A stretch of DNA of 64,000 nt from positions 1 to 64,000 of the forward strand of contig NIVC01000137.1 of NCBI GenBank assembly GCA_002269645.1, written 5' to 3'. Below are positions 45,501-60,050 of the stretch, one piece after another. The DNA is from Macrostomum lignano (lineage: Eukaryota). Both the position numbers and the translations under genes were made by a program. The notes under the pieces are model-generated. The model did not search any database. It was not told the origin of the DNA and saw only the letters and a list, made by a program, of their open reading frames with translations. Every line of letters starts with the position of its first letter. The stretch's first letter is position 1.

Positions 45501-48500
45501 TAGTGTCTGTCGTAGTGTCTGTCTCAGTGTCTGTCTCAGTGTCTGTCTCAGTGTCTGTCTCAGTGTCTGTCTCAGTGTCTGTCTCAGTTCTGTCTCAGTG
45601 TCTGTCTCAGTGTCTGTCTCAGTGTCTGTCTCAGTGTCTGTCTCAGTGTCTGTCTCAGTGTCTGTCTCAGTGTCTGTCTCAGTGTCTGTCTCAGTGTCTG
45701 TCTCAGTGTCTGTCTCAGTGTCTGTCTCAGTGTCTATCTCAGTGTCTGTCTCAGTGTCTGTCTCAGTGTCTGTCTCAGTTCTGTCTCAGTGTCTGTCTCA
45801 GTGTCTGTCTCAGTGTCTGTCTCAGTGTCTGTCTCAGTGTCTGTCTCAGTGTCTGTCTCAGTGTCTGTCTCAGTGTCTGTCTCAGTGTCTGTCTCAGTGT
45901 CTGTCTCAGTGTCTATCTCAGTGTCTGTCTTAGTGTCTGTCTCAGTGTCTGTCTCAGTGTCTATCTCAGTGTCTGTCTCAGTGTCTGTCTCAGTGTCTGT
46001 CTCAGTGTCTGTCTCAGTGTCTGTCTCAGTGTCTGTCTCAGTGTCTGTCTCAGTGTCTGTCTCAGTGTCTGTCTCAGTGTCTGTCTCAGTGTCTGTCTCA
46101 GTGTCTGTCTCAGTGTCTGTCTCAGTGTCTGTCTCAGTGTCTGTCTCAGTGTCTGTCTCAGTGTCTGTCTCAGTGTCTGTCTCAGTGTCTGTCTCAGTGT
46201 CTGTCTCAGTGTCTGTCTCAGTTCTGTCTCAGTGTCTGTCTCAGTGCTGTCTCAGTGTCTGTCTCAGTGTCTGTCTCAGTGTCTGTCTCAGTGTCTGTCT
46301 CAGTGTCTGTCTCAGTGTCTGTCTCAGTGTCTGTCTCAGTGTCTGTCTCAGTGTCTGTCTCAGTGTCTGTCTCAGTGTCTGTCTCAGTGTCTGTCTCAGT
46401 GTCTGTCTCAGTGTCTGTCTTAGTGTCTGTCTCAGTGTCTGTCTCAGTGTCTGTCTCAGTGTCTGTCTCAGTGTCTGTCTCAGTGTCTGTCTCAGTGTCT
46501 GTCTCAGTGTCTGTCTCAGTGTCTGTCTCAGTGTCTGTCTCAGTGTCTGTCTCAGTGTCTGTCTCAGTGTCTGTCTCAGTGTCTGTCTCAGTGTCTGTCT
46601 CAGTGTCTGTCTCAGTGTCTGTCTCAGTGTCTGTCTCAGAGTCTGTCTCAGTGTCTGTCTTAGTGCCTGTCTCAGTGTCTGTCTGAGTGTCTGTCTCAGT
46701 GTCTGTCTCAGTGTCTGTCTCAGTGTCTGTCTCAGTGTCTATCTCAGTGTCTGTCTCAGTGTCTGTCTCAGTGTCTGTCTCAGTGTCTGTCTCAGTGTCT
46801 GTCTCAGTGTCTGTCTCAGTGTCTGTCTCAGTGTCTGTCTCAGTGTCTGTCTCAGTGTCTGTCTCAGTGTCTGTCTCAGTGTCTGTCTCAGTGTCTGTCT
46901 CAGTGTCTGTCTCAGTTCTGTCTCAGTGTCTGTCTCAGTGTCTGTCTCAGTGTCTGTCTCAGTGTCTGTCTCAGTGTCTGTCTCAGTGTCTGTCTCAGTG
47001 TCTGTCTCAGTGTCTGTCTCAGTGTCTGTCTCAGTGTCTGTCTCAGTGTCTGTCTCAGTGTCTATCTCAGTGTCTGTCTCAGTGTCTGTCTCAGTGTCTG
47101 TCTCAGAGTCTGTCTCAGTGTCTGTCTCAGTGTCTGTCTCAGTGCTGTCTCAGTGTCTGTCTCAGTGTCTGTCTCAGTGTTTGTCTCAGTGTCTGTCTCA
47201 GTGTCTGTCTCAGTGTCTGTCTCAGTGTCTGTCTCAGTGTCTGTCTCAGTGCCTGTCTCAGTGTCTGTCTCTGTGTCTGTCTCAGTGTCTGTCTCAGTGT
47301 CTGTCTCAGTGTCTGTCTTAGTGTCTGTCTCAGTGTCTGTCTCAGTGTCTGTCTCAGTGTCTGTCTCAGTGTCTGTCTCAGTGTCTGTCTCAGTGTCTGT
47401 CTCAGTGTCTGTCGTCAGTGTCTGTCTTAGTGTCTGTCTCAGTGTCTGTCTCAGTGTCTGTCTCAGTGTCTGTCTCAGTGCCTGTCTCAGTGTTGTCTCA
47501 GTGTCTGTCTCAGTGTCTGTCTCAGTGTCTGTCTCAGTTTCTGTCTCAGTGTCTGTCTCAGTGTCTGTCTCAGTGTCTGTCTCAGTGTCTGTCTCAGTGT
47601 CTGTCTTAGTTTCTGTCGTAGTGTCTGTCTTAGTGTCTGTCTCAGTGTCTGTCTCAGTGTCTGTCTCAGTGTCTGTCTCAGTGTCTGTCTCAGTGTCTGT
47701 CTCAGTGTCTGTCTCAGAGTCTGTCTCAGTGTCTGTCTTAGTGTCTGTCTCAGTGTCTGTCTCAGTGTCTGTCTCAGTGTCTGTCTCAGTGTCTGTCTCA
47801 GTGTCTGTCTCAGTGTCTGTCTCAGTGTCTGTCTCAGTGTCTGTCTCAGTGTCTGTCTCAGTGTCTGTCTCAGTGTCTGTCTCAGTGTCTGTCTCAGTGT
47901 CTGTCTCAGTGTCTGTCTCAGTGTCTGTCTCAGTGTCTGTCTTAGTGTCTGTCTCAGTGTCTGTCTCAGTGTCTGTCTCAGTGTCTGTCTCAGTGTCTGT
48001 CTCAGTGTCTGTCTCAGTGTCTGTCTCAGTGTCTGTCTCAGTGTCTGTCTTAGTGTCTGTCTCAGTGTCTGTCTCAGTGTCTGTCTCAGTGTCTGTCTCA
48101 GTGCCTGTCTCAGTGTCTGTCTCAGTGTCTGTCTCAGTGTCTGTCTCAGTGTCTGTCTCAGTTCTGTCTCAGTGTCTGTCTCAGTGTCTGTCTCAGTGTC
48201 TGTCTCAGTGTCTGTCTCAGTGTCTGTCTTAGTTTCTGTCGTAGTGTCTGTCTTGGTGTCTGTCTCAGTGTCTGTCTCAGTGTCTGTCTCAGTGCCTGTC
48301 TCAGTGTCTGTCTCAGTGTCTATCTCAGTGTCTGTCTCAGTGTTTGTCTCAGTGTCTGTCTCAGAGTCTGTCTCAGTGTCTCAGTGTCTGTCTCAGTGCC
48401 TGTCTCAGTGTCTGTCTCAGTGTCTGTCTCAGTGTCTGTCTCAGTGTCTGTCTCAGTGTCTGTCTCAGTGTCTGTCTCAGTGTCTGTCTCAGTGTCTGTC

Positions 48501-48895
48501 TCAGTGTCTGTCTCAGTGTCTGTCTCAGTGTCTGTCTCAGTGTCTGTCTCAGTGTCTGTCTCAGTGTCTGTCTCAGTGTCTGTCTCAGTGTCTGTCTCAG
48601 TGTCTGTCTCAGTGTCTGTCTCAGTGTCTGTCTCAGTGTCTGTCTCAGTGTCTGTCTCAGTGTCTGTCTCAGTGTCTGTCTCAGTGTCTGTCTCAGTGTC
48701 TGTCTCAGTGTCTGTCTCAGTGTCTGTCTCAGTGTCTGTCTTAGTTTCTGTCGTAGTGTCTGTCTCAGTGTCTGTCTCAGTGTCTGTCTTAGTGTCTGTC
48801 TTAGTGTCTGTCTCAGTGTCTGTCTCAGTGTCTGTCTCAGTGCCTGTCTCAGTGCCTGTCTCAGTGCCTGTCTCAGTGTCTGTCTGAGTGTCTGT
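39521..48895. repeat. 9.4-kb 12-bp satellite GTCTGTCTCAGT
   Basis: ~780 tandem units with sparse variants and occasional 1-bp deletions. Confidence 0.99.
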
Positions 48896-49789
48896 TTTTC
48901 CGCCCTACATATATTGGTCTGTCTGTCAGAGGACTGAAATACAACTTTTCATCATAACTGAGAAAACATGTCTGCATAATGACAGAACCAATGCTTATGA
49001 ATGTCTCTAATATGAATTCAATATTTTCCCAACGCACACAGACTAAAAGCGGGGCTTCAGTGAGTCACTGACAGTCTGTCTTGAACTCCACAATCGGAGA
49101 AACTCTGTGAAAGACGGGCAGGGCTGAAGTGACCAGGCCCTGATTGAATTCGCAGCTGGGGTGTTGAGGATGGGATCAGGGAGTTGGAAATCAATCAAGG
49201 ATTATGCTAGCTCAAGCCCACTCGAGCACTTCAATGTTTTGAGCCATTACCACGATCTGAGCCTTCTTGAAATCCCTATAGCTTATTTCCCCTCGAGCAA
49301 AAATAGTGTGGTCTCTTGGATAGACTATTGCGTAATCACACCCCAACGCTAATTATCCCTTGTATTCACTTGGCCTGAATTTTATCAACAGTTTTGGCCA
49401 TCGGCTAAATGTTGAGATTTGCTTTTCCTATTTTAGTGAAGTCATTTAGCGAGAAATCCCTCATTAGTGAGGGGTGATTAGATCAGAAAATAAAGTGACA
49501 AAAAAATTAGTCAACAAAGTCATCAAGCTTGCGCATTTCAGTAATTCAAAGGTTTAGTTAATAGCGCCAGTAAATTTATAAAATGACTTTTGACACCACT
49601 ATACAATCCAAGCGGTGAATCCGCGGTAAAAATTGCGATATAAAAACAGAATTCGATTTTTTATGTACAAAATAGCGTGGCTAGAGATACGACGACAGTT
49701 GAGAGAAAAAAACCAATTAATTTCAACGCAAAGCACTGAAGAAGCTTAGGGTTTGCTTTGGAGCATCAGAAAACCTGGGGGATGCAGGC

Positions 49790-50236
<447 letters not shown>

Positions 50237-50302
50237 AACAGCAGCCAGTGCCTCTCCCCAGCCTTCCATCAAAGCGACCCGCAGTCTGGCGGGAGCCAGG
50301 AC

Positions 50303-50940
50303 TCACACAAAACTAACAGTTGTGTACGGCGCTTTCAACTGTCTATGGTCCAACGTGACTGACCGCTTCTTGATGCTGCTGCCACCGTTGGCTCCACCGC
50401 CGCCGCCTCCGGAGCCGGGCTCGGAGCTGACCAGAGCCTGAGTTCGAACCTCGGAGCTGGCGGGCTGCTGGCAGTCCAGGGTGTCATCATCGTCCATGGA
50501 AGAGATTGCAGCAGCGGCGGACGCGGAGGCGGCGGGCAGGCGGGAGTAGTCAGCCCTCTCGTCTATGGCCGGGTTCAGCACCCGGATGGTCTGGTAGCCG
50601 TGATGCTGACGGAGAGGCGGCGAGGCCAGCTGGTGCATGGCGTGCACCTGCTGCTGCTGGTGAGCTCGACGGCGCTGCTGCCTGCCAAGTCCGCCGTCCC
50701 TGGGCTCACAGGTGTAGTAATACGGCGGCGGCGACGGGCTGAACATGTTCCGGTCCTGGGTTAGCGACTGGTAGGGGAAGGCAGGGATCCAGTGAGCTCC
50801 GGTGCCAATTATCGAATTAAGAAAATTTGTGTCGGTGAAAATACTCACTTTCTTAATGAGCGCATGCTCCAGGAGTGACGATGCGGGTGGGGGCATTGAG
50901 GCGCTTCGGGCTACCGAGCTCTCCAGGTGAGCGCGTTTGT
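50303..50940 (-). CDS. Protocadherin exon 2 (cytoplasmic tail, to stop)
   Basis: Acceptor TCCTGTGCTTGCAG ending at 50941; phase 1 matches the exon 1 donor. Reads KRAHLESSVARSASMPPP...SPSPPPYYY...APYTTVSFV*. Confidence 0.75.
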
Positions 50941-50974
50941 CTGCAAGCACAGGAGTGGGTGAATGGCGGATTGG

Positions 50975-51053
50975 TTGATTGACTGTTGGATTGATTGATT
51001 GATCGATTGGTTGACTGATTGATTGATTGATTGATGGATTGATTGATTGATTA

Positions 51054-51126
<73 letters not shown>

Positions 51127-51145
51127 CTGATTGGTTGGTTGATTT
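50975..51145. repeat. (GATT)n microsatellite in the protocadherin intron
   Basis: Direct reading; gives the spurious QSIN run in the ORF track. Confidence 0.95.
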
Positions 51146-51760
51146 GTTTACTTGTCTGATTGGTTGGATAAATGACTCTTCATAAACACTCGCCACACTG
51201 TTAGCAGCGCACCGACTAAAAAAATGTTACATTCAGGTGATGAAATCACAACATATCTTGACTCATTGCCGTGTCCCCTTACAGCCAATAAGCCTTTTGA
51301 GCTTTTAATCAGTCAATAAAGCAAAAGTGACTGTAAACGAAAGTCATCTCAAATATCGAACAATGAGCCAGGACTCCAACTGCTCGTAAAACTGGCACTT
51401 CCCCATTGTTCAGGTTCGTGAGTGTTAACTGGGGTACAGGTCGTAAACCAGCTGGGCAAAACAGACAACAGTGCCAATGCAAAGCAATCCAGTCTGCTTT
51501 TCTGGGGGAAATTTATTCTAATTGCCAGCAATAAAACACTTTTGAGTACGGGTTGCACTTGCAGGTAATCACTGCTCCAGTAATGGTCTCCCGCCAGCTC
51601 ACATCAACGCGCTCAATTATAACAAAAATAGATTGTAAATTGTGCTTGCTTATATCGGAGATCAAAGTGAGGGAGACACAAAGAGCTGTCATGGTTCTGA
51701 ATTATGTGCGCACGAGCCCCAAGTCACCAGAAACAGATTAACAAAGTCGCCTCAACTTAC

Positions 51761-54389
51761 GCCTATCGGCCATTCCGAACCCGTCCGTCTGCTGGTGAAA
51801 GTTTCGCCTACGCAGCAGGCAGATGGCGAACACCAGGATGACAATGAGGATGGCAGTGGCGATGATCAGCCCGACGATGGCAGCCAGGCTGGAGTCCCGA
51901 TCGCCCAGGCCACCGCCTCTGCCGCTTCCGTCGGGGCCGCGTCCGCTGCCAGCAGCCGAGTTCGCCCGGCCGTCGCTGCCGAATCCGTTGGCGCTGCCGG
52001 AGCCGGCAGTCCCAGCTGCTCCCAGCCGCTTCGGCGTGGTGGCAACGAGCAGCGTAGCGATGCGCGTCTGCGCCGGGCTGCCCCGGTCCGTGGCGCGGAT
52101 GGTGAGCGCGAATCGGTGCTGATAGGCGCCACACTCGAGCGACTTGGCCAGGCTGAGCTCGCCCGTGTCCGGGTTGATGCGGAAATGGTCCTGGCCGCTG
52201 CCTGTCAGGTTGAACGTTAGCCGGCCGTTCTCGCCGCTGTCCGAGTCGTTCGCGATCACCTTGGCAACCACGTCGTCGGGTCCGTAGTCGCAGGACACGT
52301 TGAGGCGGTTGTTGGCCGGGGACGGGAAGTAGAACACCGGCGCGTTGTCGTTCTCGTCCAGCAGGGTCACGTGCACGATAGTGGAGCGGTGCCTCGACGG
52401 CTGCCCGAAGTCGTAGGCGGTCACGTTCAGCTGGATGGAGGGCGTGCGCTCTCGGTCCAGGTTGTTGGACTTGGTGAAAATCTCGCCAGTTGGCCTGATG
52501 GCAAAGTAGGGGTTGTGGCCGACGAAAAACTTGACTTGACCGTTGACATCGGCGTCTCGGTCTGTGGCGTTGACTCGTCCAACCTGACTACTTGGCGGCG
52601 AATTTTCTTTGATCTCCAGCGTGAATGGCGGGTGCCACTCAGGTGCATGATCGTTCACGTCTCGAATTGTCAGGCGAACCTCCGCACTGGCTGAGTGCAC
52701 GCCGTCAGTGACGTGCACGCTGAACCTGTACTGGTCGCATGATTCGCGGTCGAAACGGACAGCCGATCTAAGAACGCCGGTCGATGAACCAAGAGTGGCG
52801 ATGCGCTGGCCCTCATCGTCTAGTGAGTAGACCAGAGTGGGCGACTGGTCGCGATCGACTGCCTCAAACCGATGGATCTGGATACCTGGTTGCTGCTCCT
52901 CGTCGAAGGCTAACTCGAATACCTGCCGATCGAAAGTCGGTGGTGAGTCGTTCTCGTCCAGAATCACTACTGTGATGAGCTGCGATGCGGAGAGTCTCGG
53001 GACACCGTTGTCGTGACACCAGACGGTCTCCTGGACAGTTGGCGTCGCCTCCCAGTCAAATGTGTCATCCGTGATCAGCTTGTAGACTACCTGAGGCTTG
53101 TGGCGCTGCTGCTGTTGCAGTCGGAAACGAATTTTCCCTTCTCCAGGGCTTCCGAGGTTGCACTCAACGTGGCTGTTGTTCCCGGAGTCATCGTCGCGTG
53201 CGACAATGTAGCCAATGGTCTGTCCGGGAGGCTGGTTCTCGCGAATCGACAGCGCGTGCGGCCCACCGCCCGGCTTGACTGGAAGGCCGCGCACGCTGAT
53301 CACCGGAACATTGTCGTTGTAGTCTTGCAGCTCGATGATTATGGTCTGCTCGATCTGCTTTGGCACAACGCCGCGGTCCCTGGCCACCACGGGGATGCGG
53401 TAGACGCTGGTCCGCTCATAGTCCAACACAGCGCCGTGGGCGACTTGCAGTTCGCCAGAGTTAGGGTGCAGGTAGAACATCTGCGCTTCGCGCGACGGCC
53501 TTGGATCGTTGAACAGGTAAATTATTCGGCCATTGGGCCCGGCGTCTTCGTCAGTGGCCTCCAGTTTCACTATTAACTGGCCGCCTTCGGCATTCTCTGT
53601 CAAATTGAAGCGAAAGTTTTTGGTCACCCAGACTGGCGCGTGGTCGTTCTCATCCCGGACTCGAACTGTCAGATTGAGCGATGCACTCTTCGGCGGACTG
53701 CCGCCGTCGAACGCTGTGAGAAGCATGTGGTGCTCGGTTTTGGTCTCCCTGTCCAGCTTCCCTCGCAGCAGCAGCACCACTCGATGGTCCTTCTCGTTCG
53801 GCTCTAGCGGCGCGACGTCAAACAGTCCCGTGTCCTTCGGGTCAAAAGGTGTCAGCTGTAGGCGAGCCACGCCGTACCTCGGCGAGTCCCTGTCCGTGAC
53901 GACCAGCCTCAGGCCAACCCGCGTGTCCAACTCGGCCAGTTCGCTCACCTCCACAATCGGCGAAGTCACTTTGAACTCTGGCGCGTGGTTGTTGCGCTCC
54001 TCGAGGCGCAGTCTGACTGTGCAGAGCCGTATGGAGTCGCCGTAGCTCACCTGCACCATGATAGGCACGACGCAACCGCTCCGGTCGCAAGAGCCCCGAT
54101 GATGTCCAGGCGAGCTGATCAAGGTGTCTCGGTAGATGGACATCCGCGTAGACACCAGGCCGCTCTTGCTGTTCAAGCTCAGCAGGTGGCCGTCCGTTCG
54201 ATCGTTGAGCAGGGCGAATTCCGCCTGGCCGACCGCCAGGCCGAGCTTGTCGCCGAGGTTCACCACCGGCGTGTCGGGCGGCGAGCCCTCCGTCAGGTCG
54301 GCGGAGATGCGCGAGCAGTCGTTTGGAACAGCGCAAACTGCAGCTGCCATGGCGGCAAGGAAGGCCGACATCAGCCCGACTAACTGCAT
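51761..54389 (-). CDS. Protocadherin exon 1 (signal peptide, 7 cadherin repeats, transmembrane helix); delta1-like architecture; spliced product ~1088 aa
   Basis: Six DxND/E-x-x-P linkers (ERNNHAPEF, DENDHAPVW, DYNDNVPVI, DENDSPPTF, DVNDHAPEW, DENDNAPVF), LDRE/DxD calcium motifs and TM AIVGLIIATAILIVILVFAICLL. GTAAGT donor directly after 51761. Confidence 0.95.
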
Positions 54390-55439
54390 TGCTGGTTTTT
54401 GCTCTTCTGAAATGCGAGGTTTTCGAGGCAGTGCGGCTACCGTGTCTCGGAGACTTTATCTAGTGCATATCTGGATATCGATTGCTACTGTCCAGCCCCC
54501 TCAAAAATATATTTTGGTCCTGATTAATGCCCTTGGAGAGAAAATCAAAACTCCCATTCCTAGGGTGAGACTTTGGCACTTGTTGCCCGCATATCGCAGA
54601 TTCCTATATAGTCCGTTTGGCTTGGATCACCACTACGATTATTATTATTGTTATCGTCAAAGAGAAACCCTGCAATTGCAGCCGGCACAGCTCCCGCAGG
54701 TCACAATTATTTCTCCCAAAAGTCGAGTGGCACGAAGGGGGTGGCAGCGTAAGGCCAAGCGGAACTTTTCTCCCGACAGTCCTGAGCCCCTCCCCAATAA
54801 ACCCCCCAATGCCCCATCAGTTCTGGCGGTGCCAAGTGTGCGCACAATATCTAAGACTGCTGCGCGGTAATGGCGCCCGAAGATTCCCATAATCTTCCTT
54901 CCTTCCCCGAAAACTTTCCCAGGCTTAGCATGCGGCGGCCTACACACTGCAGCAGTAATGGACTGGGTGAATCACCGCTGGAGGCCCCAATCAAATTTAT
55001 CCGCTCGTATTTCCTTCTTATTAGGGCGGATTTCCTTACACCTGGCTGCAGTGGCCTTCTTGATGTGGAAAAAATCTTGATTCCGAACTTCGCCCGCTAC
55101 CGCCTCTTCTCCTCCAACCGCCACAGGAGGTTCCCTTGCCGTGGCCTCGTCCAAAAAGGCCTAAAGCATGGAACTTGGAGTGGCAGCACTTCAGGCTAAT
55201 AACTGTGAGGCTGACTGCAGTTCTTCAATGTGCATACTAATTGTAGGCAAGTTTACGTGTATCTTTTACTTAACTTGTTATAACTTCGGTTTTGAAAGCC
55301 TAGGAGCCCCCTAATCGCTTCACAAAAGTTGCGCTCCTCTAAAATCTAAATGGACGGAGGACAGGAGCTCAACATTTGCCACCTCTTGGGCGTGACGTCC
55401 ACTGGCCTGGAGACTGTAGGAGGGACGCCAAGCATTAGA

Positions 55440-56200
55440 CAGTGGCGCCCACCAAGAGACAGGGGCGCCCATAAAGAGACAGGGGCGCCCATCAAGAGGC
55501 GCCCAACAGGAGACAGGGGCGCCCAACAAGAGACAGGGGTGCCCAACAAGAGACAGGGGCGCCCAACAAGAGACAGGGGCGCCCAACAAGAGGCGCCCAA
55601 CAAGAGACAGGGGCGCCCACCAAGAGACAGGGGCGCCCACCAAGAGACAGGGGCGCCCACCAAAAGACAGGGGCGCCCACCAAGAGACAGGGGCGCCAAC
55701 CAAGAGACAGGGGCGCCCACCAAGAGACAGGGGCGCCCACCAAGAGACAGGGGCGCCCACCAAAAGACAGGGACGCCCACCATGAGACAGGGGCGCCCAC
55801 CAAGAGACAGGGGCGCCCAACAAGAAACAGAGGCGCCCATCAAGAGGCACCCAACAAGAGACAGGGGCGCCTAACAAGAGACAGGGGCGCCCACCAAGAG
55901 ACAGGGGTGCCCAACAAGAGACAGAGGCGCCCATCAAGAGGCACCCAACAAGAGACAGAGGCGCCCATCAAGAGGCACCCAACAAGAGACAGGGGTGCCC
56001 ACACAGAGGCAAGGGCACCCACTAAGAGAAAGGGGCGCCCACCAAGAGACAGGGGCGCCCACCATGAGACAGGGGCGCCCACCAAAAGACAGGGGCGCCC
56101 ACCATGAGACAGGGGCGCCCACCATGAGACAGGGGCGCCCACCATGAGACAGGGGCGCCCACCAAAAGACAGGGGCGCCCACCATGAGACAGGGGCACCC
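55440..56200. repeat. Second array of the 20-bp CAGGGGCGCCCACCAAGAGA family (more degenerate)
   Basis: Same unit and orientation as 36958-38700, with shortened variants. Confidence 0.95.
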
Positions 56201-56815
56201 ACTACGACACCAAATATTTCGCTCCCTAAGGTCGCGGCTCCTCCGATAAAAACTCCTGCATGCGCCCCTACTTGGTTTAACTGCATATAAACCGAATTTC
56301 GTAATCTTGGTGACAATTGAAAGCTGAAAAAGCATATTTGAATAAAAACATAATAGCTGCATTAATGAGGTGTAAGCTCGTTTGTGCCTTCACACAGCCT
56401 ATTCTGAATGATTCGTGTTATATCAGTTATACACTGTATAAGCGATATAGATCACTAACCAGTAACAAAGGCCTCAGGTGCTTGGAAGTCCGCAGGTTAT
56501 AATTTTTGTGACTCACTCATCGAACAACTGCATGGTCATTAACCCAGTTAGTAGTGTTGCGCTCGCGCCACTAGGGAACTGCAGCAGCCCTTATTACTCG
56601 AAATGAGAACCCCGAATAATTACAGCCGACTCTAGACTTGACGGAGGGCCTTAACTTAACTCTTCTCTTCTCTTTGTTTCTTACCTAGGAACTTATTTTT
56701 CCGCAATAAGCGGCACTGAAACCCCATGATGGCAGAGTTCGCTACAGGAGCTGGTTGGTCTATGAAGAGCAGAGCAAAGTGTAGCTTAAAAGGATATAGC
56801 TAAGACTAGATATAG

Positions 56816-58142
<1,327 letters not shown>

Positions 58143-58667
58143 AACACCAAATTCACTAAGAATATATGTGCCTTAGCAACCTTAAGCAAGGTTCTAAGAA
58201 AATTCGGTTTAACGCCCTTCTACTCCAACTGACTGTCTTGTGCATTGGCGCTTACGTTTTTTTCGTTTAGCTTTTTCTAGTCTAAAAGAAGAAATCTGTA
58301 AAGATTGGAGAAATCAACGATAACGGATAGAATGGGAGATTTAATCAGGGCGAATATATCCCTTATAGCGTAGCAGTAACCAGTCTTACTGCACTAGCTA
58401 ACCCCTTCCCTGACTGGCGGCTTTCCCATTGCAATGGCTTTTTAGCAGCCAGCAGGAATATACCAGGCTCATCGTAAACTTTCCTCCATCTTTCCCAGCT
58501 GGAAGCGGTGAATTTAAATTAAGTCTTCGGCAGCTCGAAGTTGCTTGGAAGTCTTTGAATTCGATCCAAGTTTGCCGTTAATCAACTGCTGAGGGAGGCG
58601 GATGAAAGAAGAAAGAGGAAGTGAAAGAGCCAAATGCTTTCATTTTTATGGAGTCGGTTGTTGCCTT

Positions 58668-59095
58668 CTTTGTGTCAGGAGTGTCAGATCTCATGTGAGT
58701 TGTTGTCTTATTTGTGTCAGGAGTGTCAGATCTCATGTCAGTTGTTGCCTTCTTTGTGTCAGGAGTGTCAGATCTCATGTGAGTTGTTGTCTTATTTGTG
58801 TCAGGAGTGTCAGATCTCATGTCAGTTGTTGCCTTCTTTGTGTCAGGAGTGTCAGATCTCATGTGAGTTGTTGTCTTATTTGTGTCAGGAGTGTCAGATC
58901 TCATGTCAGTTGTTGCCTTCTTTGTGTCAGGAGTGTCAGATCTCATGTCAGTTGTCGCCTTATTTGTGTCAGGAGTGTCAGATCTCATGTCAGTTGTTGC
59001 CTTCTTTGTGTCAGGAGTGTCAGATCTCATGTCAGTTGTTGCCTTCTTTGTGTCAGGAGTGTCAGATCTCATGTCAGTTGTCGCCTCATTTTTTC
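58668..59095. repeat. 42-bp minisatellite TGTGTCAGGAGTGTCAGATCTCATGT(C/G)AGTTGTTG...
   Basis: ~10 units, two alternating variants. Confidence 0.96.
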
Positions 59096-59734
59096 AGGAG
59101 TTTGTTATTTTATGACAGGGATGTCGAAATTGTGTCAGGAATGCGTCATTTCATGTTAGGCCCACATAGATAATATCAGATGTGTATATTGTCTATGTAT
59201 ACTGTTCTTGGTGAGTATATTGTAAAGAAAAATATACGAACTGCAAGATCAATTTGAGTTTTTTCAGAAACGATTTTTTTAATTTGTGGCACATCTTGGC
59301 GAACTGGACTGTCAAGCGTCCTTGATAAAACGCCACGAGGGGAAATCGATGAGTCAGAGTTCTCAGGAGTTCTCAGCTGCATCTGCAAAATCGAATAAGT
59401 CCAATTGCGAGCGAATTCTGAGAACCCACAGGCTGCTCAAGTGCGCATCAATCCAATTTTTATTATTAGTAATTTCTTATCTGCAATTCTCTTGCCTTTC
59501 TTTCGCTTCTCTGCTTGAAGGAGTGGCAGCATTTATCATTCAGTGCATGCACTTGGTGCCAAAGACGCGTGCCATAATAGTAAGGTTTTTAGACCAGACA
59601 ATATAAAGTTATTTGTAGAAAGGCATGAGATAGAACTATTGAAGGATGAGGGACCATGAGACTCCAGGAGAGAAATAGAATGATTCTGAGAGATTTAGTA
59701 TGATAAATCTACATCTCTAAGAAAACTAGAAAGA

Positions 59735-60050
59735 GGTGTAGATAGGTCTAGAGAGTTGCAGATAGATCTAGAGAGTTGCAGATAGATCTAGAGAGTTGCA
59801 GATAGATCTAGAGAGGTGTAGATAGGTCTAGAGAGTTGCAGATAGATCTAGAGAGTTGCAGATAGATCTAGAGAGTTGCAGATAGATCTAGAGAGGTGTA
59901 GATAGGTCTAGAGAGTTGCAGGTAGATCTAGAGAGTTGCAGATAGATCTAGAGAGGTGTAGATAGATCTAGAAAAGTTTAGAAAGATCTAGAGAGGTGCA
60001 GATAGATCTAGAGAGGTGCAGATACCTGGTAGATCTAGAGATGTGTAGAT
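59735..60050. repeat. 20-bp minisatellite GATAGATCTAGAGAGTTGCA
   Basis: ~14 tandem units. Confidence 0.93.

Noticed and set aside
39370-48937. Very long SVSV / CLSQ / VCLS ORFs up to 1043 aa
   Set aside because: Translations of a 12-bp satellite, open in several frames; frame switches follow 1-bp indels.
50941-51196. N-terminal QSIN-repeat part of the 297-aa ORF
   Set aside because: Intronic (GATT)n microsatellite; a phase-compatible acceptor lies at 50941.
51642-54870. Overlapping and antisense ORFs across the protocadherin
   Set aside because: Shadow ORFs of a GC-rich coding exon.
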